Origin: Thermomicrobiales bacterium
GTDB taxonomy: Bacteria > Chloroflexota > Chloroflexia > Thermomicrobiales > UBA6265
Direction: 5' to 3'
Length of the DNA stretch: 64,000 nt
Assembly (NCBI GenBank): GCA_034431475.1
Contig: DAOUDE010000111.1
Coordinates: 6,931-70,930 of the forward strand
Every line of letters begins with the position of its first letter. Position 1 is the stretch's first letter. The translations under genes and the position numbers were made by a program. Below, piece by piece: positions 10,220 through 19,092 of the stretch. The notes beneath the pieces are model-generated. The model worked only from the letters and a program-made list of their open reading frames with translations. It did no database searches and had not been told where the DNA came from.

Positions 10220-10323
10220 TGGTGCTCCCGCGCCCGCACATATCGGTGGGCCTACGTGTCATGGCCGATTGCTCAGGGGAATGCGGCCCGCCTTACGGCA
10301 AGCAGCCCGGCCGAGGCAAGCCT

Positions 10324-10461
10324 ACGCTCCCCCACATTCGCGTGCAATCGACGTGCCACAAGGCGAAGTGCGGCTTTTGCCTCATAGTCAGAGATCCACA
10401 CCGCATAACGCCTTCGTGGCACGTCCCTGAATGATCCTTTCGGCCGCGTACGTACGAGCGT
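10324..10461. ncRNA. Candidate structured RNA (long imperfect hairpin), family unassigned
   Basis: Stems GACGTGCCAC 10350-59/10416-25, AAGGCG 10360-65/10409-14, TGCGG 10369-73/10401-05 and outer ACGCTC 10324-29/10456-61, in a roughly 450-nt intergenic region. Confidence 0.3.
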
Positions 10462-10668
10462 TTCGCGCGGTGAGCCCGCGGGCAGCATGCTAGACTGCGG
10501 CTGATTGCGTGGCGAGAATGTGTGCCCCAGGGGAAACGGCCCACATCGGCAATTCGTTGTGAGTAGCGTGCAACTGAACACCACCGAACGCTGCGCCACG
10601 CACATCACGCACAGTGAGAGACTTCGTTGCGGGACGAGGCTGTCACCTGCGCAGAGAGGGAAGGCGGC

Positions 10669-11970
10669 ATGATCGGCCTGCGTCAATTCAGCACGGCGAC
10701 AGGAACAGCAGCCGGTCGGCTCCAGGCGTCGGTGCGCCGGTTCATCCCGCTCGTCGCGGGGCTGCCGCTGCTGTCCGGACTGGCCAGCGCGAAGAAGAAC
10801 GATACCCAGGACGCCTCGGAGCCGTCGGCCTCCGCCGACGCCGAGGAGCAGCCAGCCGAGTCCGCTCCGGCGGACGACACCGCGCCAGCCGACGAGTCTC
10901 CCGACAAGGGCACCAGGGGCGGCGCGTCCGCTGGCGAAGACGGCCAGGCGTCGGCGAGCGATGCCGGAGCCACCGACAAAGAACCGGCAGCAGACAAGGG
11001 TGACGCGTCGGACGCGCCGGCGGACAACGGTGGTGGCAACGCCGACGATGGCGGCTCCGGGAAGAAGAACGACGCGGATTCCGGTAAAGATCAACAATCC
11101 AACGGGGGCGGCGGCAAAGACCAGCAGGACGAGTCCACTACGGACGACTCCTCGCAGGATGGCGGCGCCGCAACCGACAACTCGGGAGACAACGAGAGCG
11201 CGCAAGACACGGGCGGGTCTGCCGACGACTCCGGGAATTCCGGGAATCAGGCCAACGGGAACGACGAAAGCGCCATCGCCGCCGGTGAGGATGGCCGCGC
11301 GCAAGATTCCCGGGTCGTGCAGGAGGACGCGGGACGTGGCCGCAGCCGCGATCAGGGTGACCGCCGGAACCAGAATGATGGCAAGAACAACCAGAACGAC
11401 GACAACGACAATCGCGATCGCCAGACGCGCGCCGAGCGCCGGGCTGACACCAACAACAATAACGACGACAACGGGCGGAACCGGGATCGCCGGAACGCAC
11501 ATTCAGACAACGCAAACAACGACGAAGATCACAGCAAGACTCACCATGCCACCCGCCGCCAGGATTCTGTAGCGACCGACGATACGTCGGGTGATGACAC
11601 CAGCGGCAACGGCGACAGCGGAGACGGCGACGCTGACGGCATCACGCCGTACAACGCACAGCCAGCCTCCAGTGCGGACCTGCTCCAGGACACGAACCCC
11701 AACGTCAATCTGGACGACGTCCCGGATCTTTCAGACGCTGATCTCACCGTCCAGGCCAATCCGGATGTCATCGCCGCCGTCAGCACCAACGGCGGGTTCG
11801 CCCTCGCCCGCTCCGGCGATATCACGGTCATCTCCGGCCCGGATGGCCCGCGCATCATCCGCACCCCGGAAGGTTCAACCCCGGTCACCCCGGACAACGG
11901 GAACAATGGAAACAACGGGGATAACGGTGACTCCAGTGGCGGCGACAACAATGTCGATATGGTGAGTTAG
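10669..11970 (+). CDS. Secreted, low-complexity Asp/Asn/Gly-rich protein
   Basis: AGAGGGAAGG RBS; N-terminal VRRF plus hydrophobic stretch and ASA cleavage site; long D/N/G/S-rich disordered body; short ordered C-terminal segment. Confidence 0.8.
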   Translation: MIGLRQFSTATGTAAGRLQASVRRFIPLVAGLPLLSGLASAKKNDTQDASEPSASADAEEQPAESAPADDTAPADESPDKGTRGGASAGEDGQASASDAGATDKEPAADKGDASDAPADNGGGNADDGGSGKKNDADSGKDQQSNGGGGKDQQDESTTDDSSQDGGAATDNSGDNESAQDTGGSADDSGNSGNQANGNDESAIAAGEDGRAQDSRVVQEDAGRGRSRDQGDRRNQNDGKNNQNDDNDNRDRQTRAERRADTNNNNDDNGRNRDRRNAHSDNANNDEDHSKTHHATRRQDSVATDDTSGDDTSGNGDSGDGDADGITPYNAQPASSADLLQDTNPNVNLDDVPDLSDADLTVQANPDVIAAVSTNGGFALARSGDITVISGPDGPRIIRTPEGSTPVTPDNGNNGNNGDNGDSSGGDNNVDMVS

Positions 11971-11984
11971 CAGCGCGTTATCCC

Positions 11985-12028
11985 ACGAAGAAGCCCCCCG
12001 GCCTGCCTGGGCCGGGGGGCTTCTTCGT
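11985..12028. terminator. Bidirectional terminator-like hairpin
   Basis: Perfect 19-bp IR ACGAAGAAGCCCCCCGGCC / GGCCGGGGGGCTTCTTCGT with 6-nt loop, between convergent genes. Confidence 0.85.
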
Positions 12029-12053
12029 ATCCGGGTCTGCGCACCAGCGTCCG

Positions 12054-13127
12054 CTAGGCGTTGTTGTTCTTGCTGCGCTTCTCGCGCTTATCACTCTTCA
12101 CGCGCTGCTTCCTCGAATCCTTGTTCGCGTGCTTGCGGTCCTTCTTGTTCCTGGTGGCCTTCGCCTTGTGCCCGTGATTTCCGCCCCGCTTGCTCTCACT
12201 GTTCACGTGAGCCTGTTGCTTCTTCGAGGTAGACCGACGGGTGCGGCTCTTGCCAGGATCACTGGCAACATCACCAGACGAGGCGCTGCCAGTCACGCTC
12301 GTACGTTCGCGATTGCGCTCTTTCGCCCTCCGGGCAGGCTGGGTCAGGGACACGACGCCGCCGGTGGAAACCGGCGGAGCGTCGGTCGAGTTCCCGCTCG
12401 CGCTGCTTTCGTCATCATTGAAAGGGAAGCCCCGGGGTGCAACCAGAACCACGACGTCGGAACCCGTCGTGCGGTCCAGCGTACTCTCGAAGAAGGGGCT
12501 GTTTTCATCAAACGGGAAGCTGGGGTCGGTGACCACATCGGCGCCCGGCTCGAACGGGAAGCCAGGATCGATCACCCAGGGGAAGTTGTCGTAGGTGGAG
12601 TGGCCAACGACCGGGCTGCTCTTTTCACCACACTTCACGCCGACGTACGCCCGGCCCGAAACGACCCCGACCGCGCACGGCTCCAGCCCGACCGGATACC
12701 CGCGCGGATTGTTCGAAACCATCACCCGCCCCTCGCCGAAGCCGGGCGGCAGCCGAGGCCCGGCGGGCTCGGCATAGGTCATATCCGTCGCCGCCGGTGC
12801 GGCCACCGGCGCGGTCAGGACGGTGCCATCGGCAACTGGGACAGGGACGCCGCTCGGGGGCGAACCCTGATCCAGCGTCTCAACATCATCTCCGGTCGCG
12901 GCGGGTGGTGAGCCCTGGTCCAGCGTCTCGGTGTCAGCAGTGCCTTCACCGACCTGGCTTGGTTGAGCTTGCGTTTCATCCTGCAGTCGGAATGCCGCGT
13001 GCTGCGCTGTGGGCGGCATCACCGCGGCTTCAGCCAGGGGGGCGATCAGGGACGCGCCCAACACGCCGACACCCGTGGCGACCATCATCGCCCGCTGCCA
13101 TTTTCCTGGCTTGCCGAAACCGGTCAC
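12054..13127 (-). CDS. Secreted hypothetical protein with a Lys/Arg-rich C-terminal tail
   Basis: Signal-like N-terminus, ETLDQGSPP twice, a two-Cys core, repeated PGFPF/PSFPF/RGFPF and a highly basic tail; start uncertain. Confidence 0.75.
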   Translation of the reverse strand: MTGFGKPGKWQRAMMVATGVGVLGASLIAPLAEAAVMPPTAQHAAFRLQDETQAQPSQVGEGTADTETLDQGSPPAATGDDVETLDQGSPPSGVPVPVADGTVLTAPVAAPAATDMTYAEPAGPRLPPGFGEGRVMVSNNPRGYPVGLEPCAVGVVSGRAYVGVKCGEKSSPVVGHSTYDNFPWVIDPGFPFEPGADVVTDPSFPFDENSPFFESTLDRTTGSDVVVLVAPRGFPFNDDESSASGNSTDAPPVSTGGVVSLTQPARRAKERNRERTSVTGSASSGDVASDPGKSRTRRSTSKKQQAHVNSESKRGGNHGHKAKATRNKKDRKHANKDSRKQRVKSDKREKRSKNNNA

Positions 13128-13219
13128 GTTTCCGCTCCCTCACGCAGCGGGCAGCACGCCGCTGGACCGGCTTCCCAACCGTGTCCGTACATAGCGTATC
13201 GCATTTTGCGTTCCACTGC

Positions 13220-13762
13220 TCACTCGCCGGTACTGGAAACGAGCTGCAGCACGAATCGTGGATCGAACCGGGGTGCGCAGCGGGCGCAACTCCAGGTCCC
13301 CCGCGCCCGGCGAGGCACGCGATTCCCGCAGCCGGGACAGGCGTAGATGTACTTGCCAGGCCGCCTTTTCGGCTCAATGGTGGCGCAGCGGATCTCATCC
13401 AGGTTGGCGCCCGTCAGCTCCGCTACCCGGTGCGCCACGCGGTCGTAGCCATGCTTCGCGTGGCGGCGCAGGTCGCCATCCAGGCGATCCCGCATGTGGA
13501 CCAACTCTTCCGCCACCACGACTTCGACGGAACGAGGTTTGCTGCGGTCAATCCGAGCCAGGTTGATGAGGATCAGGTGCCGATCCATGCGGGGATCGAA
13601 AGTATACGCACCGCCGATGGATGCTCGCACCTTGCGGCCCAGCCACTGCTCGAACGTGCGCCGCTCTGTCGTCACCCACAGGGGATGCCCGCCGAGATCG
13701 AGGAGGCTCAGGTATCGTTGCAGGTGTGCATCAGTTTCGGTATCGCGAACATCCCAGACCAA
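13220..13762 (-). CDS. SprT-like metalloprotein with a C-terminal Zn ribbon (EExxH variant)
   Basis: TTG start at 13762 with AGGAGGAG six nt upstream; VVAEELVHM...AKHGYD; YIYACPGC...WSCARC. Confidence 0.7.
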   Translation of the reverse strand: MVWDVRDTETDAHLQRYLSLLDLGGHPLWVTTERRTFEQWLGRKVRASIGGAYTFDPRMDRHLILINLARIDRSKPRSVEVVVAEELVHMRDRLDGDLRRHAKHGYDRVAHRVAELTGANLDEIRCATIEPKRRPGKYIYACPGCGNRVPRRARGTWSCARCAPRFDPRFVLQLVSSTGE

Positions 13763-13865
13763 GAACGGCTCCTCCTGCGGCCCTTCGCCGCTGGCGCACC
13801 CCGCGTGCGCTGCATCATCACGGTCGTACCGTAGCCGACCGCCCGTCGCACGATGCGGAGGGCGC

Positions 13866-14327
13866 ATGACCAGCGCCCTGGAACGCCCCCACGTGCTGAT
13901 CGTGAGCGCTGACCCGGACCTCACGGCCTTTCTCGGCGAGGGCCTGATCTATGCTGGATTCTGGACAAGCGTAATCGCCGATGCTTTCCAGGCGCTGGAA
14001 GTCTTCCGCCTGCGCTCGTTCGATATCATCCTGCTCGATGCCGCGTTGGGCGGCATCGGCGCGCTGGAGTTCGTCCAGCGCCTGCGTGGGCGCTCCGACC
14101 GGGCCTCGGGTGAAATGCGCTCCGACATCCCGCTGGTGCTCATCGCCGCCGATAGCCGCGAAATCCCCCCGGGTATTCAGCAGCAGGGAGATCCTGCCGC
14201 CACGTTGCTGGCGCCGGTGGAATTGCCCGAGATCGCGTCCACCCTGCTGGATACCGTCACCACGTGGCGTAGGTCACATCCCGACCGTGCCTGGGCCGAT
14301 GCCGCGGCTCTTGGCGACGCAGACTGA
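13866..14327 (+). CDS. Stand-alone atypical (pseudo) receiver-domain protein
   Basis: HVLIVSAD...FDIILLDAAL...IPLVLIAA...LLAPVE; receiver-like pattern with a degenerate acidic pocket and no conserved Lys. Confidence 0.75.
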   Translation: MTSALERPHVLIVSADPDLTAFLGEGLIYAGFWTSVIADAFQALEVFRLRSFDIILLDAALGGIGALEFVQRLRGRSDRASGEMRSDIPLVLIAADSREIPPGIQQQGDPAATLLAPVELPEIASTLLDTVTTWRRSHPDRAWADAAALGDAD

Positions 14328-14472
14328 CCCCTTGTCAAAGCCCCAACGGCGTGGCAACGTGCTCTCTGCAACCTCGATGGCGGAACGCGTCCTGCGCGCC
14401 ATTCGTCCAAATCGGTGACTGGCTCGTGCGGGAGACCAGTCTGGCATGTTGCAAGGCAGGAGCATCTCGACA

Positions 14473-15564
14473 ATGACTCGTTTGCTCACCGCTGTGCTCC
14501 TGGCACTCATGATGGTTTCGGCATTTCCAGGCCCCGGCTCGGCGCGGCAGGACGAACTGGATTGCCGGTCGTTCGAGACCTTCGACGAGGCAAACGCGTA
14601 CTACGCAGATCATCCCGAAGCCGCAGATTCGATTGACGACGATGGCGACGGCGAGGCCTGCGAGGTTTACTTCGGCCTGGAAGCTCGTGACGACCTCCCG
14701 GTGGACGACTCCGCCACCACTGACGCCAACGACGCCCGGGTGACCGACGACCTCGACTGCGAAGACTTCGCGACCCAGGAGGAAGCCCAGGCGGTCCTGG
14801 ATGAAGATTCTGGCGACCCCAATAACCTGGACCCCAACCAGGATGGCATTGCTTGCGCCCTGCTCCCGTCGGCTGACGATGCAAGCGTGGCGTTCGCGCA
14901 GGACACGGCCGATCCCGCTGCGGACAACACGGATGATCGCGAAGCGCGCCGCGCCGCGAGACGCGCTCAGCGCGACCAGGACACGGCCGCAACTGGCCAG
15001 GACGCTGGCAACGCGGCCCCGCTGACCTGCGATGATTTCTTCACGCAGGAGGAAGCCCAGGCCGCATACGATGATGATCCCGAGGGGCAGGCGGCGCTTG
15101 ATCCGGATGGCAGCGGAATCGCCTGTCCAGATTTGCCTGCTGCCGATGATCAGGCGCAGGCGGACGCCCAGGCCGATGCGAACAGCGACAACAACAACCG
15201 CCAGGCCCGACAAAATCGCCGCAACCGGGACCCGCGGAATGAGGATGAAACCGTCGTTGATACGCCAGTCAGCGTGGGCAAGGAAGACCTGGATTGCATC
15301 GACTTCGAGTTCCAGGAGGATGCCCAGGAAATCTACAACCGCGATCCTGCGGACCCGTTCAATCTCGATCCGAACGCTGACGGCTTTGCCTGCTCATCGC
15401 TGCCCTCGCGGGATCCACGCATCTCGCAGGTGCCACGCACCGGGTCAGGCAGTGCAGCGTCCACGGCCGAGATCTGGTTGGTGGGAGCTTCCCTGTTCGC
15501 CGGGATGGCGGGGCTGGCAACACTGGGTCGGCGTCGCGCTGCCAGCCGCGCCCGCTTGAGCTAG
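14473..15564 (+). CDS. Surface protein with four Excalibur-like Ca-binding repeats and a sortase-type signal
   Basis: Signal peptide; four LDC/LTC-x-(S/D)F...D-x-D/N-x-D/S-G-x-AC repeats; VPRTG followed by a hydrophobic helix and GRRR. Confidence 0.8.
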   Translation: MTRLLTAVLLALMMVSAFPGPGSARQDELDCRSFETFDEANAYYADHPEAADSIDDDGDGEACEVYFGLEARDDLPVDDSATTDANDARVTDDLDCEDFATQEEAQAVLDEDSGDPNNLDPNQDGIACALLPSADDASVAFAQDTADPAADNTDDREARRAARRAQRDQDTAATGQDAGNAAPLTCDDFFTQEEAQAAYDDDPEGQAALDPDGSGIACPDLPAADDQAQADAQADANSDNNNRQARQNRRNRDPRNEDETVVDTPVSVGKEDLDCIDFEFQEDAQEIYNRDPADPFNLDPNADGFACSSLPSRDPRISQVPRTGSGSAASTAEIWLVGASLFAGMAGLATLGRRRAASRARLS

Positions 15565-15567
15565 TGG

Positions 15568-16233
15568 CTAGTACGTGGAGACGTTGATCTCCTCGAGTTC
15601 GCCCGTCACGGCAAACACCACACGCTCGCAGATGTTCGTGGAGCGATCGGCGATCCGCTCCAGGTTGTGGCTCACCCAGAGCAGCCGCGTCGCACGGTTG
15701 ATGGTCGTGGGGTCGGCGAGCATGTAGGTCAGCAACTCACGGAATACCTGATCCGTGAGGTCATCGACCTCGTCGTCTCGACCGGCCACACGCCGCGCCA
15801 GGTCTGCGTCGCCTTCGATGTAGGAGGTGATGGCTTCGCTGAGCATTTCGCGTCCGATCACCGCCATACGCGGGAGATCGACAAGCGGCTTCAGCGGTGG
15901 CTCATCCGAGGTGTCGATGGCAATCTTGGCAATGCCGGCCGCGTGATCCGCGATTCGCTCCAGATCGGTCACGATGTGGATGGCGGAGGCGATGTTGCGC
16001 AGGTCGCCAGCCATGGGGCCTTGCGTTGCGATCAGGCGCAGTGCATCGTCCTCGATCGCCCATCGCTGCCGGTTGATGGCCCTGTCAGATATGATGACCT
16101 GCTCGGCTAGCGCCACGTCCTGCCGTTGCAGGGCATCCATTGCCCGGGCGATAGCCTTGTCCGCCATGCTGGACATCGCCACCACACTGCCGCGCAGGTT
16201 CTCCAGTTCCAGGTTGTACTCAACGCGAACCAT
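15568..16233 (-). CDS. phoU: Phosphate signalling protein PhoU
   Basis: LIATQGPMAGDLR, DLERIADHA, RDDEVDDL, HNLERIADRSTNICE; downstream of pstB. Confidence 0.96.
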   Translation of the reverse strand: MVRVEYNLELENLRGSVVAMSSMADKAIARAMDALQRQDVALAEQVIISDRAINRQRWAIEDDALRLIATQGPMAGDLRNIASAIHIVTDLERIADHAAGIAKIAIDTSDEPPLKPLVDLPRMAVIGREMLSEAITSYIEGDADLARRVAGRDDEVDDLTDQVFRELLTYMLADPTTINRATRLLWVSHNLERIADRSTNICERVVFAVTGELEEINVSTY

Positions 16234-16259
16234 GGTTACTCCCTGCCCTGAAGCGCCGG

Positions 16260-17105
16260 CTAGCCGAAGCGGCCGGTAATGTAGTCCTCGGTCCGGGAAT
16301 CAGACGGATTGGTGAACAACTGCCTGGTCGGGGCTGCCTCCACCAGGACACCCATGCGGTTCTCGCCGAGCGAGAAGAAGCAGGTCTGGTCCGAGGCGCG
16401 CGCGGCCTGCTGCATGTTGTGCGTCACGATGACGATCGTGTAGTGGCGCGCCAGGTCTCGCATCAGGTCCTCGATGCGCAACGTCGAGATGGGGTCGAGC
16501 GCGCTGCACGGCTCGTCCATGAGGATGACGTCCGGATTAATGGCCAGCGCGCGGGCGATGCAGAGCCGCTGCTGCTGCCCACCCGACAGGGCAAGGCCAC
16601 TCTCATGTAGCTTGTCCTTGACCTCATCCCACAGGGCTGCCTGGCGCAGGCTCTTCTCCACCAGTTCACCGGCGTTCCCCTTGAAGCCGTTGATCTTCGC
16701 GCCCCAGGTGATGTTGTCGGCAATCGACTTGGGGAACGGGTTGGGCTTCTGGAAGACCATGCCGATGCGGCGGCGCACCTCGACCGGGTCAACACTCGGC
16801 GCATTGATGTCCACCCCGTGGTAGTCGATCTTGCCCTCGATACGGGCCGAGGGCACGAGATCGTTCATACGGTTGATGCAGCGGAGCACCGTGCTCTTGC
16901 CGCACCCTGAGGGACCAATGAGCGCCGTAATCTGATGTTTCGGCACATCGAATGTCACGTTGCCGACGGCATGAAAATTGCCGTAGTAGACATTCAGGTC
17001 CTTGATGGAGACGATCGGTTGCAACGCCGATTGCGGCGTGGCGGCCAGATCATGTTCGAGAGTCGTCGTTGCCACAGCGGCTTGCTCGCTTTCTTCTGCG
17101 TTCAT
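16260..17105 (-). CDS. pstB: Phosphate ABC transporter ATPase
   Basis: [60 protein letters not shown]; start taken at ATG 17105. Confidence 0.97.
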   Translation of the reverse strand: MNAEESEQAAVATTTLEHDLAATPQSALQPIVSIKDLNVYYGNFHAVGNVTFDVPKHQITALIGPSGCGKSTVLRCINRMNDLVPSARIEGKIDYHGVDINAPSVDPVEVRRRIGMVFQKPNPFPKSIADNITWGAKINGFKGNAGELVEKSLRQAALWDEVKDKLHESGLALSGGQQQRLCIARALAINPDVILMDEPCSALDPISTLRIEDLMRDLARHYTIVIVTHNMQQAARASDQTCFFSLGENRMGVLVEAAPTRQLFTNPSDSRTEDYITGRFG

Positions 17106-17137
17106 TTTTCGTTCAATGGCCTGCGCCGGGACATGAT

Positions 17138-18052
17138 CTACCAGCGCACCCGGGAACTCGCGCGCTGGCGCAGGAAAATGGCAATCCCGTTCAGCAACAG
17201 CAGCACCACGAGCAGCACGATGATGGCGGCCGCCGCCAGGTTTGTGAACTCCGCCTGCGGGCGGCGCGCCCACTCATAGATTTGCATGGGAATAACCGTG
17301 TACTTGGACATGATGCCGTCGGGGTTGAAGGTCACGTAAGCGGCTGCGCCGACCACGAGCAGCGGCGCTGTTTCGCCAATGGCGCGTGAAACCGAAAGGA
17401 TGATGCCGGTCAGGATGCCGGGCAGGGCGGCGGGCAACACGTGATCGCGGGCAACCTGCCAGCGCGTTGCCCCCAGCGCGAACGCCGCTTGCCGCAGCGA
17501 TGACGGCACCGCGCGGATCGCTTCCTGGCTGGCAATGATGACGACCGGCAGGATGAGCAACGCCAGCGTCAGCGACCCCGAAAGGATCGTGCGGCCCAGG
17601 TTGAGGAGCGACACGAACACGCCCAGGCCGAGCAGGCCGTAGACCACCGAGGGCACGCCCGCCAGGTTGGCGATGTTCAGCTTCAGCAGGCGGGTCCAGC
17701 GGTTGTTTGGCGCATACTCCTCCAGGTAAATCGCTGCGCCGACGCCAATCGGGAACGCGAAGACGGCTGTCAGGGCGATCACCCAGAGGGTGCCCAGGAT
17801 CGCTGGCCGCATCCCGGCCATTTCGGCCTTGCGGGACGGGACACTCGTCAGCAGGTGCATGGAGAGCCAGTTGGCGCCGGACGAAACAATGTCCCAGGCA
17901 AGGGCCAACAGCACCAGGATGGCAAACGCGGTCGCGGCGAAGAGCACCTTCTCCATGCCGTTGGCGACCAACTTGCGACCCGGCAGGTTGGATTTGGCCG
18001 TTCCCGCCTGCTGTACCGCCGCTGTTGGTTGAGCAACGCTGCGCGAGCTCAC
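17138..18052 (-). CDS. pstA: Phosphate ABC transporter permease PstA
   Basis: [36 protein letters not shown]; GTG start overlaps the pstC stop (GTGA). Confidence 0.95.
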   Translation of the reverse strand: MSSRSVAQPTAAVQQAGTAKSNLPGRKLVANGMEKVLFAATAFAILVLLALAWDIVSSGANWLSMHLLTSVPSRKAEMAGMRPAILGTLWVIALTAVFAFPIGVGAAIYLEEYAPNNRWTRLLKLNIANLAGVPSVVYGLLGLGVFVSLLNLGRTILSGSLTLALLILPVVIIASQEAIRAVPSSLRQAAFALGATRWQVARDHVLPAALPGILTGIILSVSRAIGETAPLLVVGAAAYVTFNPDGIMSKYTVIPMQIYEWARRPQAEFTNLAAAAIIVLLVVLLLLNGIAIFLRQRASSRVRW

Positions 18053-18999
18053 TCGTACACCTCCCGGAACTTGTTGACCACCCATTGGCTGAGCAGATTG
18101 AGCGCGAACGTCATGCAGAAGAGCAGCAGACCAACCGCAAAGAGCGAGAGATAGGCGGGCGAGCCCACCACCACGTCGCCCGAGAACGCCTGCACGATGA
18201 ATCCGGTCATGGTCTGCATTGGCTCGAGCGGGTTCCCGGAAAGCTGTGCCTTGGAGCCAGCAGCCAGGGCCACGATCATGGTTTCGCCAACGGCGCGGGA
18301 CATGGCCAGGATGCAGGAGGCGATGACGCCTGAGATGGCGGCCGGGAAGACGATGCGAGTGGCGACTTCCAGCTTGGTGGCGCCAAGGGCGTAGCCACCC
18401 TCGCGCAGGGAGCGCGGCACAGCCCGCATGGCATCCTCGCTCAGCGAGGCCACCAGCGGAATGGTCATGATGCCCACAGCAATACCCGCTGCCAGCGCGC
18501 TGAATGGACCAATGCCGGAGAAGATCGGCTTCAGGATCTCCGGCCGGATGAAGTTCACCGCGAAGAAGCCGAAGACAATCGTTGGAATGCCGGCCAGCAT
18601 TTCCAGCGCCGGCTTGAGGACATCCCGTACTTTGCGCGGCGCGTACTCACTGAGGTAGATGGCGCTCATCAGGCCCAGCGGAATGGCCACCAGCATGGCG
18701 ATCACGGAGATCACCATGGTGCCGCCCACCAGGGGCAATACGCCATATTGAGGAGTCTTGAAGAGCGCAGTCCAGGTTGTACCGAACAGAAAATCAGTAA
18801 CCCTGACCGAGTTGAAGAACCGGACTGCTTCCTGCAACAGCACCAGGATGATGCCAATAGTGGTCAGGATCGAGATTGCGCCACAGGCCCCCAGGAGGAG
18901 CCCGATCACCTGCTCGGATACCGAACGCGAGCGTTTCCCAGAAAGATCCATTGCCGTGACGGAAGAACCGCCCAGTTCACCAATTGTGTTTACTGCCAT
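18049..18999 (-). CDS. pstC: Phosphate ABC transporter permease PstC
   Basis: AIYLSEYAP, EMLAGIPTIVFG, EDAMRAVP, RAVGETMIV. Confidence 0.95.
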   Translation of the reverse strand: MAVNTIGELGGSSVTAMDLSGKRSRSVSEQVIGLLLGACGAISILTTIGIILVLLQEAVRFFNSVRVTDFLFGTTWTALFKTPQYGVLPLVGGTMVISVIAMLVAIPLGLMSAIYLSEYAPRKVRDVLKPALEMLAGIPTIVFGFFAVNFIRPEILKPIFSGIGPFSALAAGIAVGIMTIPLVASLSEDAMRAVPRSLREGGYALGATKLEVATRIVFPAAISGVIASCILAMSRAVGETMIVALAAGSKAQLSGNPLEPMQTMTGFIVQAFSGDVVVGSPAYLSLFAVGLLLFCMTFALNLLSQWVVNKFREVYE

Positions 19000-19052
19000 A
19001 CGTCATTCCACCTGAAGCGACGCATCCGCCTTCTCGTGTGCATACACATGGA

Positions 19053-19082
19053 GCCTGCGGCCGGGAAATCCCGGCCGCAGGC
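19053..19082. terminator. Intercistronic stem-loop between pstS and pstC
   Basis: GCCTGCGGCCGGG-AAAT-CCCGGCCGCAGGC directly after the pstS stop; no U-tract, so probably an mRNA-stabilising or processing hairpin. Confidence 0.7.
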
Positions 19083-19092
19083 GCTCAGAAAC

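Noticed and set aside
10261-10310. SRP RNA-like AAGCAGC segment
   Set aside because: The CAGG-stem-GNRA-stem-AGCAG helix-8 arrangement is not present
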